Origin: Fibrobacteria bacterium
GTDB taxonomy: Bacteria; Fibrobacterota; Fibrobacteria; UBA11236
DNA: 12,780 bases
NCBI GenBank assembly: GCA_043732185.1
Contig: JAYTHY010000058.1
Coordinates: 1 to 12,780 of the forward strand
Reading direction: 5' to 3'
Of the stretch, positions 10,525-12,780 are shown piece by piece (position 1 is the stretch's first letter; every line of letters starts with the position of its first letter). Under the pieces are notes generated by a model. That model was given only the letters and a program-made list of their open reading frames with translations, was not told where the DNA came from and did not search any database. Made by a program: the position numbers and the translations under genes.

Positions 10525-10547
10525 TGGTACTATCATAGTATATACCA
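10525..10547 (-). promoter_or_regulatory. putative vapBC promoter -10 region and VapB operator
   Basis: Overlapping palindromes TACTAT-C-ATAGTA (10528-10540) and GTATATAC (10538-10545), flanked by TGGTA...TACCA. They contain minus-strand TATACT and TATGAT -10-like hexamers ~30-40 nt upstream of vapB. Confidence 0.65.
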
Positions 10548-10688
10548 TTTTCCCGAGGTTGAAAGAGCTTTATTTGGACAAAATCCAAGTTTTTTGGGCT
10601 TTTATACCTATTCACAATGAATTCGGCCGTTACTGAACGTTTGTGCCAGCGAGAAGTGGTGGGCTGCAAGGCCATTCTCGAAAGGCCA

Positions 10689-11168
10689 TTAAAAAATCCA
10701 TTTTTCCTTCTTCATAAAGCCCTCCAAATTCATACAATCTATTTTAAACTGCTTGCAGATGTTCGGAATCTTGGCCGCATTTGGCTTCTCGTCCTCAGTA
10801 GTGACGACACATGCATTCAGAGCCTTTGCCTTTGCAATTACAAAAGGATCTGCAACAGGAAGCCCCTTCAATAAATTCTGTCGAGAAATAAGAGCCTGGA
10901 AATGTTTGACTTTGAAAATTTCGGAAACAAATACCATTTCCTCTTCCGTAGGAGCCAAAAAAATATTTTTGTTTTTCTTGGCCCATTCGGAAATATTTGA
11001 TTCGCCCTCTCGGGCTGTGATTTCCTTTTCGACTTCCTTTACAGATATAATCTGCCCGTCTTCAATTAGTTGGTAAAAGTTTTTCCAGAGACCTGGAAAT
11101 GTGGACTCGTAAAAAAAGGAAAATATTTGAATGAACGGTCCAGAGTCGAAGACGTAAATCGCTGCCAT
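10689..11168 (-). CDS. DUF4411-family PIN-like protein (putative toxin)
   Basis: YVFDSG, FPGLW, SVKEVEKEI, ADPFVIAKA, VVTTE and KIPNIC...F match the DUF4411 pattern. Its start abuts the stop of an ImmA/IrrE gene, its usual partner. Confidence 0.85.
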   Translation of the reverse strand: MAAIYVFDSGPFIQIFSFFYESTFPGLWKNFYQLIEDGQIISVKEVEKEITAREGESNISEWAKKNKNIFLAPTEEEMVFVSEIFKVKHFQALISRQNLLKGLPVADPFVIAKAKALNACVVTTEDEKPNAAKIPNICKQFKIDCMNLEGFMKKEKWIF

Positions 11169-12329
11169 TTACGCCGCGCTTCTCAAGAATGCGGACTCAA
11201 TCCCAGGTACGCTACTAACTTTGATATTCAGGAATTCTGCGAGCTGTCCAACTGATATTTTTCTCGAAAAATATTTTTCAAATGCCAGTCCCAAATAATT
11301 CTTGCCCAAGTAAACCATCTGAGTGTGGTAATAGTGCCCACCAGACTTGTCGGCTTTTGCAACTTCAGCTTGAATCGCCCACTCTTTGGACTTTGACTCA
11401 TAGTAGGATTGAGTCACAAGCTTTCTGTCCAGTAGTTTTCTTAAAATAACCTCCCGGCTAACACAGAAAATGGAGGCCAGTTTTTCGATCTTTGCTTCAT
11501 CGATTTTGCCTATGACTTTTAGTTCTTTGTTGAACTCTTCACTTGGGACAAGTAACTCTGCTGCAAACTTGTTGCAAAAGGTTTCGATTTGGCGCCCTTC
11601 ATCAGACATATCTTCGATGTATTTGAGATTGGTTTTGTCGATACCGCCTAACCTAAAGAGAAGGTGACACAGTTCGTGAAACAGTGTAAAGGTCTGCCTT
11701 GTCTTTGGCATCGAATTATTGACATAAATAATTGGAAATTCATCGTGGTAAAGACAAAATCCGGACAGGTCGTTGTACTTAAAAGCGTCTTTGAACACAT
11801 AGATTCCAGACGATTCAATGGCTGAGCGCCATTTTTCAAGTGCTTCCTCGGTTGTCTTCCACTTTCTCTGTTCATCGACGCTAATCTTTAAGAACGCGCG
11901 AACTTTTTTAGCAGAATTATTAATGTTGTCATTCTTGCCGAGTTTTAAAGATTTGAAAATAACATTATCCGCAGGGTTTTTGTTTCCTGCAAGCTCTTCA
12001 AGATTTAACTGCATTGACTGCGCTCGGCGGAACAACTTATAAACACTGGAAGGAAGTTCACTCAGAACTGATTGAGGAAGGGTTCTCATTGATTGCTTCG
12101 GATCCAATTCAGCCGGAGCACTCGGAAAGAAAAAGACCGCGATCGGACGCTTGTAAATCTGGTAAGCGAGTTTTTCGAGTTCCGCATATGAAGGGAACTC
12201 ATCGCCTGCTTCCCAGGCTAGAATTGTCTTCTGGGATTTCTTTGTTTTTTCCGAAACTTCTTCAATGGACAAATTGAGGCTCTCACGAGCCCATTTCAGC
12301 AATAAGGGGTTAATGCTTGAAACCTTCAT
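11169..12329 (-). CDS. XRE-HTH / ImmA-IrrE family (Peptidase M78, COG2856) Zn metallopeptidase
   Basis: N-terminal HTH (INPLLLKWARES...TILAWEAG...PSYAELEKLA), SGFCL, the HExxH motif FTLFHELCH, and ETFCNKFAAELLVP. ATG at 12329 (386 aa) is preferred over GTG at 12389. Confidence 0.92.
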   Translation of the reverse strand: MKVSSINPLLLKWARESLNLSIEEVSEKTKKSQKTILAWEAGDEFPSYAELEKLAYQIYKRPIAVFFFPSAPAELDPKQSMRTLPQSVLSELPSSVYKLFRRAQSMQLNLEELAGNKNPADNVIFKSLKLGKNDNINNSAKKVRAFLKISVDEQRKWKTTEEALEKWRSAIESSGIYVFKDAFKYNDLSGFCLYHDEFPIIYVNNSMPKTRQTFTLFHELCHLLFRLGGIDKTNLKYIEDMSDEGRQIETFCNKFAAELLVPSEEFNKELKVIGKIDEAKIEKLASIFCVSREVILRKLLDRKLVTQSYYESKSKEWAIQAEVAKADKSGGHYYHTQMVYLGKNYLGLAFEKYFSRKISVGQLAEFLNIKVSSVPGIESAFLRSAA

Positions 12330-12434
12330 TCCTGACGCATAATTTAGCTTTTCTTGCCGGTAGAATGCCCGATTTGGCCGGGATTTCACTCTAGAGCAGG
12401 ATTTTCTTTACCCCCCTAAATATTCCGTCAGAAA

Positions 12435-12463
12435 TTGTCCCCGAACTAGAAAGTTTGGGGCAA
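12435..12463. terminator. stem-loop, possible terminator or operator
   Basis: CCCCGAACT-AGAA-AGTTTGGGG (9-bp stem, one G/T position), extended by TTG/CAA. It lies immediately downstream of the remnant ORF stop at 12468 and has only a weak U-tract. Confidence 0.45.
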
Positions 12464-12467
12464 CATT

Positions 12468-12665
12468 TTAGGAGGCGAAATTACAATCAACCCGCAATTT
12501 ATCCCAAGCATAGGCATAATCCGCTTCCCGATGCTTAACCGTAAACGGAGCTTTATACTCAATCACCCGTTCCACCGGCACACCACGCGGCTGGATTCAG
12601 GCAAGATATGTCCACCACCACCCGGCGCACCGTTTCCTCCGTAGTCATCCCAGCCACATCCCCCG
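12468..12665 (-). pseudogene. Frameshifted fragment resembling the extreme C-terminus of a large Eco57I/PglX-like adenine methyltransferase (ArmB-like)
   Basis: One frame gives GDVAGMTTEETVRRVVVD. After a frameshift near 12597-12610, a second frame gives QPRGVPVERVIEYKAPFTVKHREADYAYAWDKLRVDCNFAS* (12468-12596). This matches my recollection of the tail motif (D..PGGP.ER.I.Y.APF....RE.DY..AW) of methyltransferases encoded upstream of such helicases. Confidence 0.6.
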
Positions 12666-12780
12666 AAATGAGCACCTGCAGCGTAACCATTCGGTGGACA
12701 CCATATTCTAAACCACCCGAATTCATGGCATATTTCAACTCGAAGGAAATAGCCATGACAATAATATTATCGAATCATCC

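Noticed and set aside
10502..10675. 58-aa N-terminal extension of VapB in the ORF track
   Set aside because: A GGAGG RBS and the family N-terminus point to ATG 10501, and the extension runs through the promoter/operator.
10670..10687. GGCCATTCTCGAAAGGCC imperfect palindrome after the DUF4411 stop
   Set aside because: Short stem with a mismatch and no U-tract, so too weak to call a terminator.
405..12277. Numerous short plus-strand and alternate-frame ORFs in the track
   Set aside because: They overlap well-supported minus-strand genes and show no recognisable motifs, so they are treated as shadow ORFs.
12559..12756. 65-aa ORF MAISFELKY... as a real gene
   Set aside because: No recognisable family or clear RBS. 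Its central part is better explained as one frame of the frameshifted methyltransferase-tail remnant.
1..12780. CRISPR array, tRNA/rRNA, IS element or integrase
   Set aside because: No regularly spaced repeats, structural RNA signatures or transposase/recombinase motifs were seen by eye.

Overview
All credible genes lie on the minus strand and read, in transcription order: a frameshifted fragment resembling the 3' end of a large DNA methyltransferase gene (~12468-12665); an XRE-HTH/ImmA-IrrE zinc metallopeptidase abutting a DUF4411-type PIN-like gene; a vapBC toxin-antitoxin pair with a palindromic operator; a 2114-aa YprA/DUF1998-family SF2 helicase with many Cys clusters and a C-terminal nuclease-like domain; a ~701-aa UvrD-like SF1 helicase with a RelE-like N-terminus; two small hypothetical genes; and a SEC-C/TPR protein. 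The helicase pair plus the methyltransferase-tail remnant fit the downstream half of a DISARM/Druantia-related defence operon (recalled as ARMADA type II-like), with two TA-like modules inserted between the methyltransferase and helicase positions. Family assignments come from motif recognition by eye, not from database searches.
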